The position numbers were made by a program, and so were the translations under genes. Under the pieces are notes generated by a model. That model was not told the origin of the DNA. It saw only the letters and a list, made by a program, of their open reading frames with translations, and did no database searches. 64,000 bases of DNA, taken from positions 1,612,001-1,676,000 of the forward strand of contig NC_135760.1 in assembly GCF_052425735.1 (NCBI RefSeq), read 5' to 3'. Within the stretch, counting starts at the first letter, position 1, and each line of letters begins with the position of its first letter. Source of the DNA: Oculina patagonica (Eukaryota). This document shows positions 63,753-64,000 of the stretch, piece by piece.

Positions 63753-64000
63753 GGCTTCCCTTTTATTTATGCAACCTTGATCAAATATTGAATGTCTATT
63801 GAAGAAAAGTGGAATATAGGTTGCATGACAACATATATAATAATAGTAATCAAGTAAAACAATGGCTGCCATGAAGAAAGAGGAAATTAATCACATTTCC
63901 TGTTTTGTCTGGAAAATGCTGCACATTTCAGATAAGGTTGCATGTTCTTTCCATCAGCAAATTATTAAAGTTGATGGTGTCGGGTACCATTTACATGGAT

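Overview
AT-rich eukaryotic genomic DNA, most likely a scleractinian coral or other anthozoan. This is inferred from the repeat families and the cnidarian-type GPCR and TRIM genes; no database search was run. Three complete spliced housekeeping genes can be rebuilt by hand: CABLES1-like (11 exons, minus), FKBP12 (6 exons, minus, last intron a U12-type AT-AC intron) and PCMTD1-like (3 coding exons, plus). The window also holds a partial unknown gene at the left edge, three intronless rhodopsin-family GPCR paralogs plus a pseudogene fragment, and many non-autonomous DNA transposons and SINEs. The most unusual locus is an intronless TRIM gene (B-boxes and coiled coil) whose usual filamin/NHL C-terminus is replaced by a domain closely resembling RRM4 of cytoplasmic poly(A)-binding protein. 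Its frame is broken by an exact TTAA duplication, and its RING region survives only as a T-depleted trace. Also notable: a perfect 1.3-kb Penelope-like palindrome with a minimal hammerhead ribozyme motif at each end, a piece of GPCR coding sequence copied twice into its own promoter, and several GC-rich patches that look like strand-specific T-dropout assembly artefacts rather than biology.
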